A stretch of DNA of 63,792 bases, counting the filler, from Octopus bimaculoides (taxonomy: Eukaryota): assembly GCF_001194135.2 (NCBI RefSeq). It is 6 parts of 5 records of this genome, joined end to end, with 100 filler letters (N's around TTAATTAATTAA, not from the genome) between each part and the next. Parts side by side here need not be neighbours in the genome. Positions count along the whole stretch, not along the records: positions 8,532 to 22,470 come from NC_068982.1; positions 22,571 to 28,662 come from NC_068983.1; 4 more parts are not named here. One strand, written 5' to 3'. Below, piece by piece: positions 12,372-27,756 of the stretch. Both the position numbers and the translations under genes were made by a program. The notes beneath the pieces were generated by a model, which did no database searches, was not told the origin of the DNA, and was given only the letters and a program-made list of their open reading frames with translations. The stretch's first letter is position 1. Every line of letters starts with the position of its first letter.

Positions 12372-15300
12372 TGTATGTATGTATGAATACACAATTGTAT
12401 GCAATAGAAAGTATATTATATTAAAGTAACCATCTATATATCATGCATGATGTAAATAAATCGTAAAGACAATTTTACTTCTGTGTTCGTGCAAAGATAA
12501 TATTAGGGGATAATACTAAAATTTTAATTGGGGAATCGATTAACATTCATCCATCCTAAAAATAGAAATATATTTGCACGGTGGTACATAACCAAGAATT
12601 GAAATCCTCCTGCCCTCTGAAACCATTGGCGTTGCGATGTTTACTCTACATTAAGCTGAAGCATTACGTATGTATGTAATCTTCAATATGTCAAAAAGAA
12701 ATGTTAATAGTGGTTTTATTGATTCCGTATGATTTGTTGTCCGGTCAATATTTTCGTGAGAACAAAGCTAATGCTATGCATATCACAAGATTTATAAATG
12801 TATAATAGTACTTAATGTGTGTAGAAATGCAGAAATGATGATATTCCTTCAACCATGTCAAGAATTCTGCAGTCAATTTGAAATTCTTCACATGGATAGT
12901 CATTTGTGCAAAGATGTTAATCAAGTACAAAACAAGAAATGCTATATATTTCCTTATGACACTAGATAATCTTAAAGTATTGATAATGTGAAATCATTCT
13001 CAGATTAAGTTCTTTAAAAGAAGTAGTTTGAGTAGTGAAGTTGCTAGGGAAAAAAACCTAAAGAAGTATTTTTTTCCCTATCGCGTTTTATGTACTAAGC
13101 ATTATATAGCCTTACGATTAACCTATTCACGTGAACAATCTTAAATCTGACTAGATACTGTACGAATAAAATCATTCAGTTATACATTCAATTGCAACGC
13201 TGTAGGCTAGTCAACCCGTAGAAATAAAGTCACACACTAGCAAAGCTTATATTGCTTTAGTAATGTTTATTTTACATGGCACATGTTATTATAGGCATAA
13301 AGCGGATAAATTCTTTACCAGAAATTAACTATGTGTGAACGACAAAAGAGTTCCTTGTGTAATCCAGTACAGAACTTTATTTCCAACGGGCTCTTCCAAA
13401 CAGCACCGGCTTTCAGATATCTCGCTCCTGCCCATATCCTCTGTTGAAATATAACGTAAATGATGTGCGGACTCATACACACAAGTGTATGTGTGTATGG
13501 ATATGCATGTGCCTGTGTCTCGCTGCGTGAGTGGAATATGTAATAAATAGTTCCGGAGTCTCCTGTACCCTTGGAATTTTTATTTAACCTATGGATTTTC
13601 CAGTGGTGCAGGAGGCTCACTTTATTTTAGACAAAGACGTTGGGGAGGCAGCTTTTCTAGGAAAAAGATACTCTGACATAAAACTTGCAATCAAAATAGT
13701 ACAAGCCAACTTGCAATGCTTGACACTGGATCCTGCTATGGTGATTGAGAGGGTGACAAAACTCTTGTACTAGAACTTGACAGTTCAATTCAGTGACGTA
13801 CATATATATCACTATCATTCCATTTCTTGATCCATTTTGTCCGATGCTGCTTGATGAAAAGTCATATCCTCGCACATATAAGTATGAAAGTAAATAATCA
13901 AGCTGACTGTTAGAAGGCTATGATTTGACTAGATAAGTTAATCGTCATATATGTAACATATGTATAAACACAGGCAAAAAAAAATTTTAGGTGAGAGAAG
14001 GAAAGATTCAAGTCCTCTGGACATTTCCAAATGCGTGGCTCTGAATCTCAAACGCAATCTTATATTTTGATCTTGCTAATATAATGTTCACTTTTGCTGT
14101 ACATCGGAGAAGATTCAGAGACACACTGGGAGCAACCTTAAAATGTTATAGAATCAACTAGAAGACATGGGTTTGGAATTGTACTAAAAGCAGATCTGCT
14201 TTCAAAGAATCCAGCACCAGAAGCATTAAGGTGTTTGAATCTCCATTCATTTGTATAGGACATAAGTGTGGAGGCTGCGACCTTCACTCCAAAATTTGTG
14301 TCGGATCAGTGGCTTCTTTGCACGAATAGGACATATCGGTTAGGCTCCTAAATGAGTATTCTTTCGTCTATTGCTGTAGGTGCTACGCCATCATACACAA
14401 ACCTACATATACATATATAATAAAGACAGGAATAGATCCTTTGATATTTTCAATCCATTTAATAGACGTATTTCGAATGATTATGTAACTGGTTTTGGGA
14501 GATGAATTTTGAATTGAGAGGTGTGATTAAAAGGTGGTTGCAAATAGTTTTTGAAATTACTGACTCGCGAAAGCAATATGTGGGTGTGTGTGCGTGCGCG
14601 TGTGTGCGTATGTGTGTGTGCGCGCGTGTGTGTGTGCGTGTGTGTGTTTGTGTATGTATATATACATATATATATATNNNNNNNNNNCACACATATTATT
14701 TTGGCATATTACTAGGGAACTCTACCACTATGAATATTATAAACCATGACAACAAAATATTTTTAATTATATGATTGTTGACGTTTAATGTCGAACGTCA
14801 TATATAATGTTATGTATTTCAAATGAATTCATGTTTAAATAATATCCAAAATGTAATTCCATTTCCTTTATATCAACAGTCATAAACAGCAATGCGTCAT
14901 TTAGAGATATACGAATATTTATCATTTGTCATGTTTACAAATATTCAGACCAAAATGTGGAATTTTAGACACATATTAAAACAAATTCGTAACCATAGTA
15001 AAATTAATTACCCTGATGTTGATTTATCACTTGAATATTCGTACATATTCAACGCAGAACCAATATTAGTAATGGTTACAGTGGGATCATAGTGGTGCTT
15101 CTGTTGCTCATAATGATGATAAAGCTAAAGAAAACGACGACGATGAAGTTGGTGATGGTTATGATGATAATGATGAGGTGATGAGATATTTGGAGGACAA
15201 CTGAGAGACAATGCCAATGAATATGATTTTGATGATACTGACCTTCACACTGCGTTTGGGATTAAGATTACAATTTTCGTCTGCCGAGTGTCTGTGGCCG

Positions 15301-16589
15301 ATGAGGAGATAACTACTCTAGGTAGATGGCGCTGCGAGCTGATCTAGGGGTATAGACCTCATTTTTCAACAGGCGAGATATATTCTCCATGACAAAACGC
15401 AGTGAGTAGCTTGTTCCCCAGATCGAACGTGCATCAAGCATATTCGAACTGATAGCACTGCAAGTTTGATTTCGTCTTTTATTGATAAGGATGATGGTGG
15501 TAATATAGACAATAGTGATAACAAAGCTCACACACACACACACACACACATGTGTGTTTTTTGTTTTGTTTTGTTTCTTCTCGGGCCATGCCTGGCTCAT
15601 AAGGGGCGGTTTCCCGGTCTCAACACCTGTGTGAAGGCTAGACAGGTTTTTTCAACCAGCTGGTCGGCTACTTCGGGCTGATAACGAGCAATGACTCAGA
15701 AACATGTCCATGAATGCAGACTAAAGCTGCATACAAGGACACAGGAAATGTGTCAAGGCGAACAGGAAGTGGTCTAGCTTCCTAGGGCCAAATAGCAGCG
15801 GTTTGATTCCCTTAATGGGTCTGTCACATTAAGTTGACAGTAAACAAATGCTTTATCGTAACACTGCTGCTTATATCTCTCTATGAGATTTATAATTAGA
15901 TCATTTCTAAAAATGCCTAACTGTTGGTCAAATAAGGAGGTAAACGTAATCTTTCAGTGCTATTGTTATGCGGGAAAAACTTGAGTCACCTGACGGAGGG
16001 CCAGTAGATTTGTTAACCGCTCCTGAGAGTTGTTATACAGGATTCGTTCTCCAGTCAATAGCATATGTATTGCATCATTCTGGAAAGACAAATTTGCATA
16101 AATGTGTTTGTGATGCATGTCTCTGAATGTATTTTATGCACCTATATAAATCTACATACGCGTGCACATCTTCGACTGTGTTAATCGGTAGCAGAAGAGT
16201 TATGTATAATTTCATGCCAATAATTCCCATATATTATGAGTAAATACAGTGGTATTAATAGAATTGTTATTTTTCATAATGAATATTTGAGTAAATAATT
16301 AATTTCTCACAAAATATTTTCATATACTAGGAATTTATTATGGAGAATTTTAGTTGCTTTTGCAATTTCAATAGTCAGTAGATAGATATAAGTGGTATTT
16401 TTACCTCAGATTTACTACGTTGAGGTTGACTTCACATTTCATGTTTTCGGAGTCGATAAAATAAGTATCTGTCAAATACTGAGGTCACTGTAGTCGACAC
16501 TCCTCCAATATAAAAGTGCTGGATCTCTACCATAATCAAAAACCATTATGTTACTGCCTTATCCTTAAAATTAGTTTAATTAACATAGT

Positions 16590-16729
16590 CACAGGTGTAG
16601 ATATGTGGTAAGAAGCTTGCTCCCAAACCACACCATTTCGCATTCAGTCCTATTGCGTGCCACCTCGGGCAACTCTCTTCTACGCCTTGTCAGTCGACTT
16701 GATTGACGGAAACTGAAAAAAGCCCGTCT

Positions 16730-16790
<61 letters not shown>

Positions 16791-16968
16791 TTGTCTCCCA
16801 CTACTGCTTGAAGACCGGTGTTGGTGTATTTACGTCCCCGTAACGTAGCAGTTCGGCAAAAAGAGAACCGATAAAAAAAAATATGGAGTCAATTCATTCG
16901 ACTGAAAATTCAAGGCGGTGCCCCAGTATGGTCGCAGTCTAATGACTGAAACAAGTGAAAAATAAAAT
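16590..16968 (+). mobile_element. SINE family A copy with internal (TG)n
   Basis: Family head, GACGGAAACTGAAA, (TG)n, TTTACGTCCCCGTAAC, GGCGGTGCCCCAGTATGG..GACTGAAACAAGT tail. Confidence 0.8.
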
Positions 16969-17317
16969 ATACTGTATGCATGTGTATATAATATATCAAC
17001 AGACTTCACTTCAGAAATTGGTATCTTGGCCATACTACTAAGTTATAAGGGGTAGGTTTGCAAAGACTGACACAAAGACACATACACATGTGTGTTTGTG
17101 TATATATATTTATTATGGAGAATTTAAGTTGTTTCTGAAATAGTCAGCGTAGAGATATAACAGCTATTTTACCTCAGATCTTATACTATATTTAATTACA
17201 GTATTGTACTTGAGTTGCGACATTATTAAAACATTGAAATTGTTATTACCCAATAGCTTTCTAAAGCGGCGAGCTGGCAGCATCACTACATTCTGAGTTC
17301 AAATTCTGCCGAATCTA

Positions 17318-17349
<32 letters not shown>

Positions 17350-17424
17350 CATCCATGTATGTATGTATGTATGTATGCATGCATGTATATTTCTAGCTAT
17401 CCTGTGTGCGTGCGCGTGTGTATG

Positions 17425-17572
17425 TATCCGTCTACTAAATCAACTCAAAAGTCTTTCGTCGGCTTGAGGTTAGAGTGGAAGGCACTCGCCCAGCGTGCTA
17501 CATGGTGGGATTGAACCCGGAACCATGTACTTACGGAGCAAAGCTCTTACCATACACCCACGTCCACGCCTA
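17425..17572 (-). mobile_element. SINE family A, 5' half
   Basis: Reverse complement of the tRNA-like head (GGTTCCGGGTTCAATCCC). Confidence 0.7.
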
Positions 17573-18948
17573 TAATTGTTAACATTTGCTACATTACGTG
17601 GGTAATGAGAGAAATAGCATATTTCATTATTATATTTTCTTCATTTAATTCAATTGCTTAAATCAGTGACAAAACAAAAATACCAGCAATATGCTAAGTA
17701 GGCATAAGTCTAATTGAAATGCTGCCCATGTCGACTTTGCCTTTTAACCTTTCGGGGTCTATAAAATAATTACCAGTTCAGTACTGAAGTCTATTACATC
17801 GACTTAACCGTTTCTCCGAAAGTATTGGCCTTGTGTACTAATGTACTAATTAGGTTCATATGAGAACCAACTTATTCACCTTTTTTTCTTGCAGACGTAG
17901 TATCTAAGTAATTTTCCACATTCATTCAAATTTGCTGCCCTGCCTATCACTGAAACACTTTATAAATAATTCATCTTGCGTCTGTAAAATACAAGTAAAG
18001 ATTCTAAGTCAATGAGGTATACTAATAATATCGAACCATATCCGTAGTTGTCTCTGTACTAGAAATAGATAGGACTCACTCTTTACTACATACCCATAAA
18101 TATTCTTGGTTAATTTGTATTTCGGTGTTATTTTCCATGCATTTCTTGAGTAGAATTAATCATTAACCTAACTGTGTTTTCTTGTCTCTACGCATAAAAT
18201 TTTAATTAATTAGAATATTTTGATTCACTGCATTAAGTATGTTAGCACCTAATTAAAAAATATTATTGAGTAGATTAATTCCAGTTTGTTTTCTCTCTGC
18301 GGAAAATTAAATTCGTAGGAAATGAATAGTAATTGAAATTCAACTTAAAGTATAAGCTAACCGATTAGGCGTATCGACTTAAATATATAATATGAATCAA
18401 ATATCATTCAATTTACAGGATTATCCTCATGGGAAAAGCATAAACATCACTTTTCTGAATAAAGTATGCATAGTGTATTTCCGGAAAAAAATGCCTGATA
18501 TACTGCGACTAGGTGACACATGAGAAGAAATAGTTATTTTATGTAGGTAAAAGTGGGAGTATACTACTACACAAATATAATTATTATATCTTCTCTCATC
18601 ATTTTCAGTTTCGATTACAAACTACACTGAAGCACTAGTGTGTCCGGGCTTCTCGAGCTGAAACTAGTAAAAAGGAGTAATAAAATTAACTCATCTACTT
18701 CAATCTACTCAATCTGCATTTGATCTGAATTAGACATGAATATTGAGTTCTGTATCATTTTTGAAACAAGATATTAGAGATTATACAAAGTCTCTAATAC
18801 ATAAGTGTTTATAACGAGTGTTTAGGAAGATTGAAACAGGGAACCAGTGATACTAAATATTATATTATAACATAATCCACTACAGGATTATATCAGCAGA
18901 TGAAAATCATCAAGCAGCAGCGAGAGCATTACCGAAGAGTATTTCGGA

Positions 18949-19030
18949 TTCTCTGAGCTTCTCTGAGCTTTTCTGAGCTTTTCTGAGCTTCTCTGAGCTT
19001 CTCTGAGCTTCTCTGAGCTTCTCTGAGCTT
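18949..19030. repeat. 10-bp tandem repeat (CTCTGAGCTT)x8
   Basis: Eight units, two carrying a C>T variant (TTCTGAGCTT). Confidence 0.95.
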
Positions 19031-19414
19031 CGTTAGTGGCAAGTATTCCCTGGCATCACATGGTAAGCGAAAATCGATTGCTAATTAGTATTGTTGTACT
19101 GAAAATGAAAATTAACTGACATCGCATTTCGACGGCAATATTTCAATTTGATTTTAACGACGGAATCAGTACTAGTTTAAAAGAGTAATCTGTACATCGT
19201 AGCCTCATTGTTATAAATCTGCTACAGCACAAGACAGACATTGTTATACATGTCTGCATTTGAAATAATTCGTTGTTTTTTTTACGCTATACGTATTTTC
19301 GTCTATAAGACATGCATTTTCGAAACGCAAACCGTGGTTTAATAGGCTTCACATAATTCACTAGCTTTAAGTATGATATAAGTTCAACGTGAGAAATGAG
19401 CAAATGTTTTCACT

Positions 19415-20135
19415 GGGCCGAATCTGCAATAGGGTGGATGAAACCATTACCCGTATGACGAACGAATGTCCTAGACTTGACCAAAACCACTACGAGTTTT
19501 GGCGACATGATCAAGTAGCGAAAGTGTTACAGTGGAAACTGTGCAAAAGGTGGGGTCTAGAGAGAGAGAGGCAAGTCGTGATATGAGTACAAACCGCTGA
19601 GAGTGGCAGAGTCGGAGACTAGCAAAATCTTCTGGCATTTTCTAATCTCAACAGATCAGATACTAGAGCATAACACACCGGACTTAGTGGTGGTGGATAA
19701 GATGCACCACATATGCTATATAGTTGATGTCGCATGCCCTTTTGACACACGAATAATCAAGAAGGACGGTAAAAAGATAGATAAATATAACCCTTTTAAG
19801 TATGTGATTGCCCGGCTATGGAAAATAAAGAAGGTGAAGATAGTGCCAATTAATGTTGGATTCTTGTGAACGGTATCAGAAGACATCAAGGTGAATATAA
19901 AGGAAATTGGAACAAAGTTCCCAATAGAATTGTTACAAAGGTTTTGCCTCCTTGGCACGGCCAGAATAATCAGGAAAGTATCGGGTAGCTGAAAAGATCG
20001 AATAGCATGGTACTGTAGGCTCCAAGTAGTAAGCCCGCTACACATGCAAGACTCGAAAAGCTCAACCAAAACCTGTAATAAAGAGAAATAATAATAAAAT
20101 AAACAACAACAAAACCACAACAAGAATAATAATGT
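19415..20135 (+). mobile_element. R4/Dong-type RLE non-LTR retrotransposon 3' part (zinc knuckle plus restriction-like endonuclease)
   Basis: RICNRVDETITRMTNECPRL...RHDQVAKVL (CCHC region); EHNTPDLVVVDK..IVDVACPFD...KIDKY (PD..D..K); CLLGTARIIRKV*; short UTR and AAT/AAC tail. Confidence 0.88.
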
Positions 20136-20591
20136 ACATTGTTTTGTCTTGGTGTAAATATTCTGCTCAATACCGCAGATTTGTTTGTCAGTTGCTTGAC
20201 CTTAACCAGTTGAGCATGTTCCTTAGTGGCTGATGATATGTACGTCTCTGACACCAGCAGAAGGGGGAGCATCATAGCCGTGTATTAAGAAGAATTATTT
20301 AGGGTTTGAATATTTGACCTCTGGAAACATGGGTGTTTAGTTCAACATCCTCAAGCAACCCTTATTCGGGGACCTTTTGTGCGGGATAGGCTACTCAACC
20401 TGAAAAAATTCTAACTCAGCCTCATCTCCAAGGTCATGCATTGTTTATCTTGATATGGTTGTGATGCATGTGTTTGGTTCACACTTATCAGACGCGTAGT
20501 CATGATGGGTTTACTGGACTTCATATAGTTTACCCCATTGTTACTTTGGTGGCATGCACTGCTCTCTTACTCAATAATAATAATAATAATG

Positions 20592-20660
<69 letters not shown>
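20135..20660 (+). repeat. Unclassified ~440-bp non-coding interspersed-repeat-like unit ending in (AAT)n
   Basis: Begins in AATAATAAT and ends ...GCATGCACTGCTCTCTTACTC(AAT)n, like a retroposed 3' UTR or SINE; no ORF recognised. Confidence 0.45.
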
Positions 20661-20661
<1 letters not shown>

Positions 20662-22090
20662 GAGCTAGTTTTTGATGGAGTTTCTTTCAAACAATAATAA
20701 TAATATCTGCATGTGTATATATGTATTTATGTATGCAGGTATCAATGTATGTATGTATATCAGCTCATTACCTTGTGCGTCAGTTGGCGAATTATCTATC
20801 AACTTTGATTTAGAAGAGTTAAAGTATCAGTAATCTTCTAAATTACAAGAAAAAATGTATAGAATAGTTTTCCTATATATTCGTACATGTAATTTTCACA
20901 CAAAAGAACCAGTTACAAAATTGTATATTTATTTGGATTTTCTTCGTTTGTAGTGTAATGCATTTGATATTTAAATTCCATCTATATTTCAATTTGTAGT
21001 CTTTTCCTTAACGTTGTGCGTATTTTGTTTTCTACTGCGATTAAGCAAAAGTAAAACACTCTGCTTCAAATCAATTGTAAACTTGTAAATTGAATCTATA
21101 GAAAACACATTACATACAAATTAAACCTAATTGCAAATATATATGAAGGTAATGGAATCATTTATATGGGAAACAAAATAAAATTTATTAACAAAAATTT
21201 CTAGCGTAAACGAATATTCATTAGTTACGATTTCAGATATAATCCGTTCCATCACTACATTAGTTTTGCAAGATTTTATTTTTTACCATGTATTTATTTA
21301 TTTATTTATTATGTGTGACTAAAATATAGGATATGGAGTCCAACATTTTGAGAATAAATTTGTTCCAAAGCATTAGAATACAGATTATCTTCAAAAAAAT
21401 AAAATTGAAAGCGATCTACCCTTTCTGAGATATATGGACGTTGACATGCACTTTCGTATGCACATGCACATATTAATTATATACGCGAATACTCATAAAC
21501 ATATACATACACACACTTACACAGGCATATATAAAACTATATGTGAGCGCGTGAGCATGCATATATAAGCTTAATTACGTTGTACCTACCTCTATCCAAC
21601 TCACAACCGTTATAATCATTCGATAGTGTCAGTCCATCATCATGTATTTTTCAATACACATAATATATATATCCAAAATATATCCAGCATCTTATCACCC
21701 ATGAGTAGCTGAAACAACATATCGCCACCCTTCCATCATCGTTTACTTTCTGTTCGGAAGTTCATGATGGGAGATGTGTATTGAAATAATTCGTGTACTT
21801 TTAGAGCGTCATTTGTTATTATAAACACGTGCTGGTTTTAATATCTTGTATTAACATAAAAAAGAATACTTTCGCCATCATTCGCTGTACATACTGATGC
21901 TACACTCTCCATATCGACAAAAAAATATCTACTTACAGAGAAGTAGCAGACAGTTTAAGTGGTATAGTCGCCGTCTTATAGTCAATTAAAGAAGTAAAAC
22001 CTACAATTAATCACCATGCATAACTTAGAACACTTGTAAATTATTATTATTGTTATCATTATTATTGTTGTTGTTGTTGTTGTTATTATT

Positions 22091-22155
22091 ATTTACCTCT
22101 ATCTACAGATCTTTGTATTTTGAAGGTTTCTCCATTTCCTTTCCAGAAACATTGC

Positions 22156-22156
<1 letters not shown>
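22091..22156 (-). mobile_element. 66-bp internal RLE-domain fragment of an R4/Dong element between trinucleotide arrays
   Basis: SNVSGKEMEKPSKYKDL*IEVN matches the EKxxKYxDL RLE motif. Confidence 0.65.
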
Positions 22157-22228
<72 letters not shown>

Positions 22229-22470
22229 TAGTTTTATTTTTATAACGTGCTTTCACTTCACTACCGAGCGCAGCTCTGTGTGCCTTGGGTATGTGCTGTG
22301 GTTTGCTGTGGTGCTCTTATGTTTACTGTATTGAAAGTGTTTTGCGTAGAATGTGTGCAGTACCCAGTAGTGCAATTTTCTGTATGTTATATATATTTGT
22401 AAGTCCTGGTGTTTTTGTTATGTATTTGTCTGAATATTTTTTTATTATACCTAAGGCACCTACTATGATA
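22157..22470 (-). mobile_element. R4/Dong element 3' end with (TAA)n tail
   Basis: IIVGALGIIKKYSDKYITKTPGLTNIYNIQKIALLGTAHILRKTLSIQ*, a ~100-bp UTR and a (TAA)n tail. Near-identical to 39944-40140. Confidence 0.88.
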
Positions 22471-22570
22471 NNNNNNNNNNNNNNNNNNNNNNNNNNNNNN
22501 NNNNNNNNNNNNNNTTAATTAATTAANNNNNNNNNNNNNNNNNNNNNNNNNNNNNNNNNNNNNNNNNNNN

Positions 22571-22609
<39 letters not shown>

Positions 22610-22809
22610 ATATGTGTATATGTATACATTATTTACACTATTTACATTTGACGGATATTTGTAAAATCTGTAAATGCACTGTAATATTCTACGTATGAAA
22701 AATTATGTAGTTACTGGACGGCCTAATACCGGTACACAACACAGACCGTCAGTAATAAATCTGTCTGCAAGGGAAATCAACTAACCAACGTAACAAAGAA
22801 GCAAATTAT

Positions 22810-23270
22810 AGCAAAATTGAATAGGCTGGGAGGTTAGAAATTTTGAGATAGGGGGCTATTCGATTGCATAGACCCCAGTGTTAAACTGATACTTATTTCA
22901 TCGACCACGGTAGGGTGAAAGCCGAAGTCAACCATGGTGACATTTGAACGCAAAACGTGTAGACGGACGAAACACTGCCAACTCTTTTGCTCGCCATGTT
23001 AACGAAATCTGCCAATTCGCCGCCTTTGCTCTAAGATGTAATAATACTTTCTATTAAGGGCACAAGGTCTGGAAATTTTGAGGAGTGAGCAAGTTGATTA
23101 CATTGACCTCCAGGACTTGACTGTTATTTTTTTTATTTATTTTGTCGACCCTCACGAAGAGGATAAGTAAAAGCGACTTTTGTGGAATTTGGACTCAGAA
23201 TGTAAAGACAGACGAAATGTTGCTAAGCGTTTGGTCCGGCATACCAAGATTCTGCCACCTTGCCATACTC
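22810..23270 (-). mobile_element. Two diverged copies of SINE family B
   Basis: Reverse complement of GTTCAAATTCCGCCGAGGTCGACTTTGCCTTTCATCC..GGTCGATAAAATAAGTACCAG. Confidence 0.7.
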
Positions 23271-23799
23271 CATGTAAATATTGCATTGAAAAAAAAAACC
23301 CTTTTAAATATTAAAAAAAAAAAAAAAAGAAAAGCCGAGAGCTGCAGATTGGATTCGAATCTACTTCTACCAGTACACATGAATGGCGTTCTACCATTGG
23401 ATCAAAGCAATCCTTCAGAGAAGAGATAATGTAATAGTATTATCGAGTCAGTATAGAACACTATTACAGATATTTAATATTCTCTTGCATAGAGAAATAG
23501 CAATAAAATGATTGTACTTATATAACAATTATAGTGCATATCTACGTGACCTGCTATGAAGAAATAAATGAATTGAAAATTCAACGTCGCGCTTTTAAAA
23601 TTAATTATCCACATACTTAGAAATTCAGTAAGCTTCGTTTTATCTTCACACTACACTAGTCTTTCTGATGCCAATCATACTAAATTGAATGTCAGCGTCC
23701 ATAATGCTTTGGGTCAAAATGAAATCGCATACGTTTCGTTATACATAAATACATATGCACACGTACGTGCACACACAGAGAAGCACACGTGAATATATA

Positions 23800-23885
<86 letters not shown>

Positions 23886-24249
23886 CAGAGAGTGAGAGAG
23901 TGTGTGTGTTTGTATGTCTGTGTCTGTGTCTGTGTCTGCCTGTGTGTATGTGTGTGTGCATATAGGTATGTATGAGAGGATGTAGCTGTTTCTGGCTGTT
24001 GAGTGAAAAATATTTGAAATGATATAAAGTGTTACAGATGATACTAAACAGTAGCTAAAACGTATATAATTATATTATGCTAAGCATGAAACCTTTAGAT
24101 ACGACATATCATCATTAAAAGATTATAGGGAAAATATTTCCACACACGCAAACACATTTTCTTAAATGTGTGTTTGCTTTGGTGTATGTATTTTGTATGT
24201 CTACATATGTATATGGGTGTACATACATACATACATACGCGCATACATA

Positions 24250-24650
24250 TATGTGGCTGCGTGGTAAGATGTTTGCTTCCCAACCTCATGGTTCTGGGTT
24301 CAGTCTCGTTGTGTGACATCTTGGGCAAGTGTCTTCTACTATAGCTTCGGGCCGACCAAAGCCTTCTGAGTGGATTTGGTAGGCGGAAACTGAAAGAAGC
24401 CCGTCGTACATATATGTATATGTATATCTCTGTGTGCGCCTTTGTGTCTGTGTTTGCCCTCCCACCATCACATGACAACTGATGTTGTTGTGTTTACGTC
24501 CCCGTAACTTAGCGGTTCGGGAAAAGAGACCGATTGAATAAGTATTAAGCTTACAAAGAATAAATCTTAAGGTCGATTTCTTCTAAATCCCTTTAAGGTG
24601 GTGCTCCAGTATGATCGCAGTCAAATGATTGAAACAAGTAAAAGAATAAA
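24250..24650 (+). mobile_element. SINE family A, full-length copy
   Basis: TGGCTGCGTGGTAAG head to ATGATTGAAACAAGTAAAAGAATAAAAG tail. Confidence 0.85.
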
Positions 24651-24655
24651 AGAAA

Positions 24656-24698
<43 letters not shown>

Positions 24699-24706
24699 TA
24701 CATACA

Positions 24707-24737
<31 letters not shown>

Positions 24738-24814
24738 GGTGGATTGCAGAAGTTTTCATGCTTTTTCGGGAGAGACATTTATGACTATCAAAGAAATACA
24801 GAACATGAGTCTCC

Positions 24815-25250
24815 TTCATTGTAGAATCCTTTGACTCCAATAAACTTGTTGTGGCGCTCCAGCCACTTTGTGAAGGCTTCGTGGTAGTTTTTCAAGATGA
24901 AGATGTTCAGGACCCGTGTTACAAGCTTTTCATCTTCAAAACGACTGCCCTTGAGATTCTCCTTCAGCCAAAAGTCGAAGGGAGTAAATACCGAACTGTA
25001 GGGATAATAAGGGAAAGTAGTTGTTTTTTAGAATACCCGTCACTAAACAACCTGGGAATAAATTTTACAGATGTTCAAATCTTTATGAATAATCCTGTGC
25101 AGAGTTGGCATTCCAACACTAAACTGTATGTATGTAGTCTATATAGACACACGTCTTCTCTTAGCAACGAAAGTCAACGAAAAAGAGCGGGGAAGAGTCA
25201 ATGTGGGTGATTCAATGAATAGAAAACCCGCTTCACCAACGAAGGAGGGT
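24815..25250 (-). mobile_element. Internally deleted mariner transposase remnant
   Basis: RRVSI..QFSVG..LHRIIHKDL joined to a PYSPDLAP-like region (PFDFWLKENLKGSRFED) and ..YHEAFTKWLERHNKFIGVKG. Confidence 0.65.
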
Positions 25251-25744
25251 GTTAGCAAATAGAGGATGCTGGTAAAGATGGTAGAAGGTAGCAGGAGGTA
25301 GTGGATGGTATGGAGAGGTGGTTGAGGGCAATGAGGGGAATCTACAATATAATTTTCAGTTTCTGAATAGATTTACATCTAACAAGCTTATACAAAAGAG
25401 TGAATTCATTAAGAGATGTGTAAATATCATCAAGATATTAAACAATACAAGGTCTCGCTCCTAAAGAGATCGTTTGATTGTTTAATTATCTTAAGTGGAT
25501 TGTCAGCCACTTGTTAATGCGTGTCTTATTAATATTCACTTTTCCTTGCTTACAATTCACAAACTGCAATTCAAGTCTACCTAAATATTTTACGCTGTCG
25601 ATTCCCATCTACGCAGAAGGCCTCTGATGTGAGGTATGCGGTATGTGGTAAGGGGTACGGATGTGGACCTAAGCTTTTGTCTGCATAAAACTGTTACTGC
25701 TACGTCTAATATATACATAAATACATATATATATATATATATAT

Positions 25745-26900
<1,156 letters not shown>

Positions 26901-27159
26901 AACTAAAGACATCTGCGCATGCGTGACTGATATAGACTGACTTCTCTCTTATGTATAAAAATCTTGAAATGATATTCATACGCTGGAATTTTTCGTTGAT
27001 ATAATTGTATTTAATTATAACACTATTCTACGACTATGCAAGATTATTTTTCTCACCAACACTTTTTTTTTCCTTTTTAAAGTAAGCAGAACGCTATATA
27101 TACTAAATACAACTAGTTGTATATTCATGAAATCGAATCTCCTGTGAGACTCACTGTTG

Positions 27160-27235
<76 letters not shown>

Positions 27236-27359
27236 CATTTTATATGTATATATATTTAATTTTAGGATTTGAAAAATTTTATATAATGAATAATTTTTAC
27301 TGGTGATTTTTTACAAAACGAAAAAATTTGATTATGGTTTATATATCTTGTCTTGAAAG

Positions 27360-27399
<40 letters not shown>

Positions 27400-27549
27400 A
27401 TGTGTGTGTGTACTATATACATATATNNNNNNNNNNNNNNNNNNNNNNNNNNNNNNNNNNNNNNNNNNNNNNNNNNNNNNNNNNNNNNNNNNNNNNNNNN
27501 NNNNNNNNNNNNNATATATATACCCACACACATTTATATATAAATGTAT

Positions 27550-27711
27550 GTATAGGAGTGGCTGTGTGGTAAGTAGCTTGCTTACCAACCACATGGTTCC
27601 GGGTTCAGTCCCAGTGCGTGGCACCCTGGGCGAGTGTCTTCTACTCTAGCCTCGGGCCGACCAATGCCTTGTGAGTGGATTTGGTAGACGGAAACTGAAA
27701 GAAGCCCGTCG

Positions 27712-27756
<45 letters not shown>

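Noticed and set aside
14080-14330. Weak resemblance to PAPE..C-rich transposon C-termini
   Set aside because: Motifs are scattered across frames and too degenerate to support.
18949-19030. CRISPR-like array or other prokaryotic system
   Set aside because: The repeats have no spacers, there are no cas genes, and the window is eukaryotic with spliceosomal introns, SINEs and LINEs.
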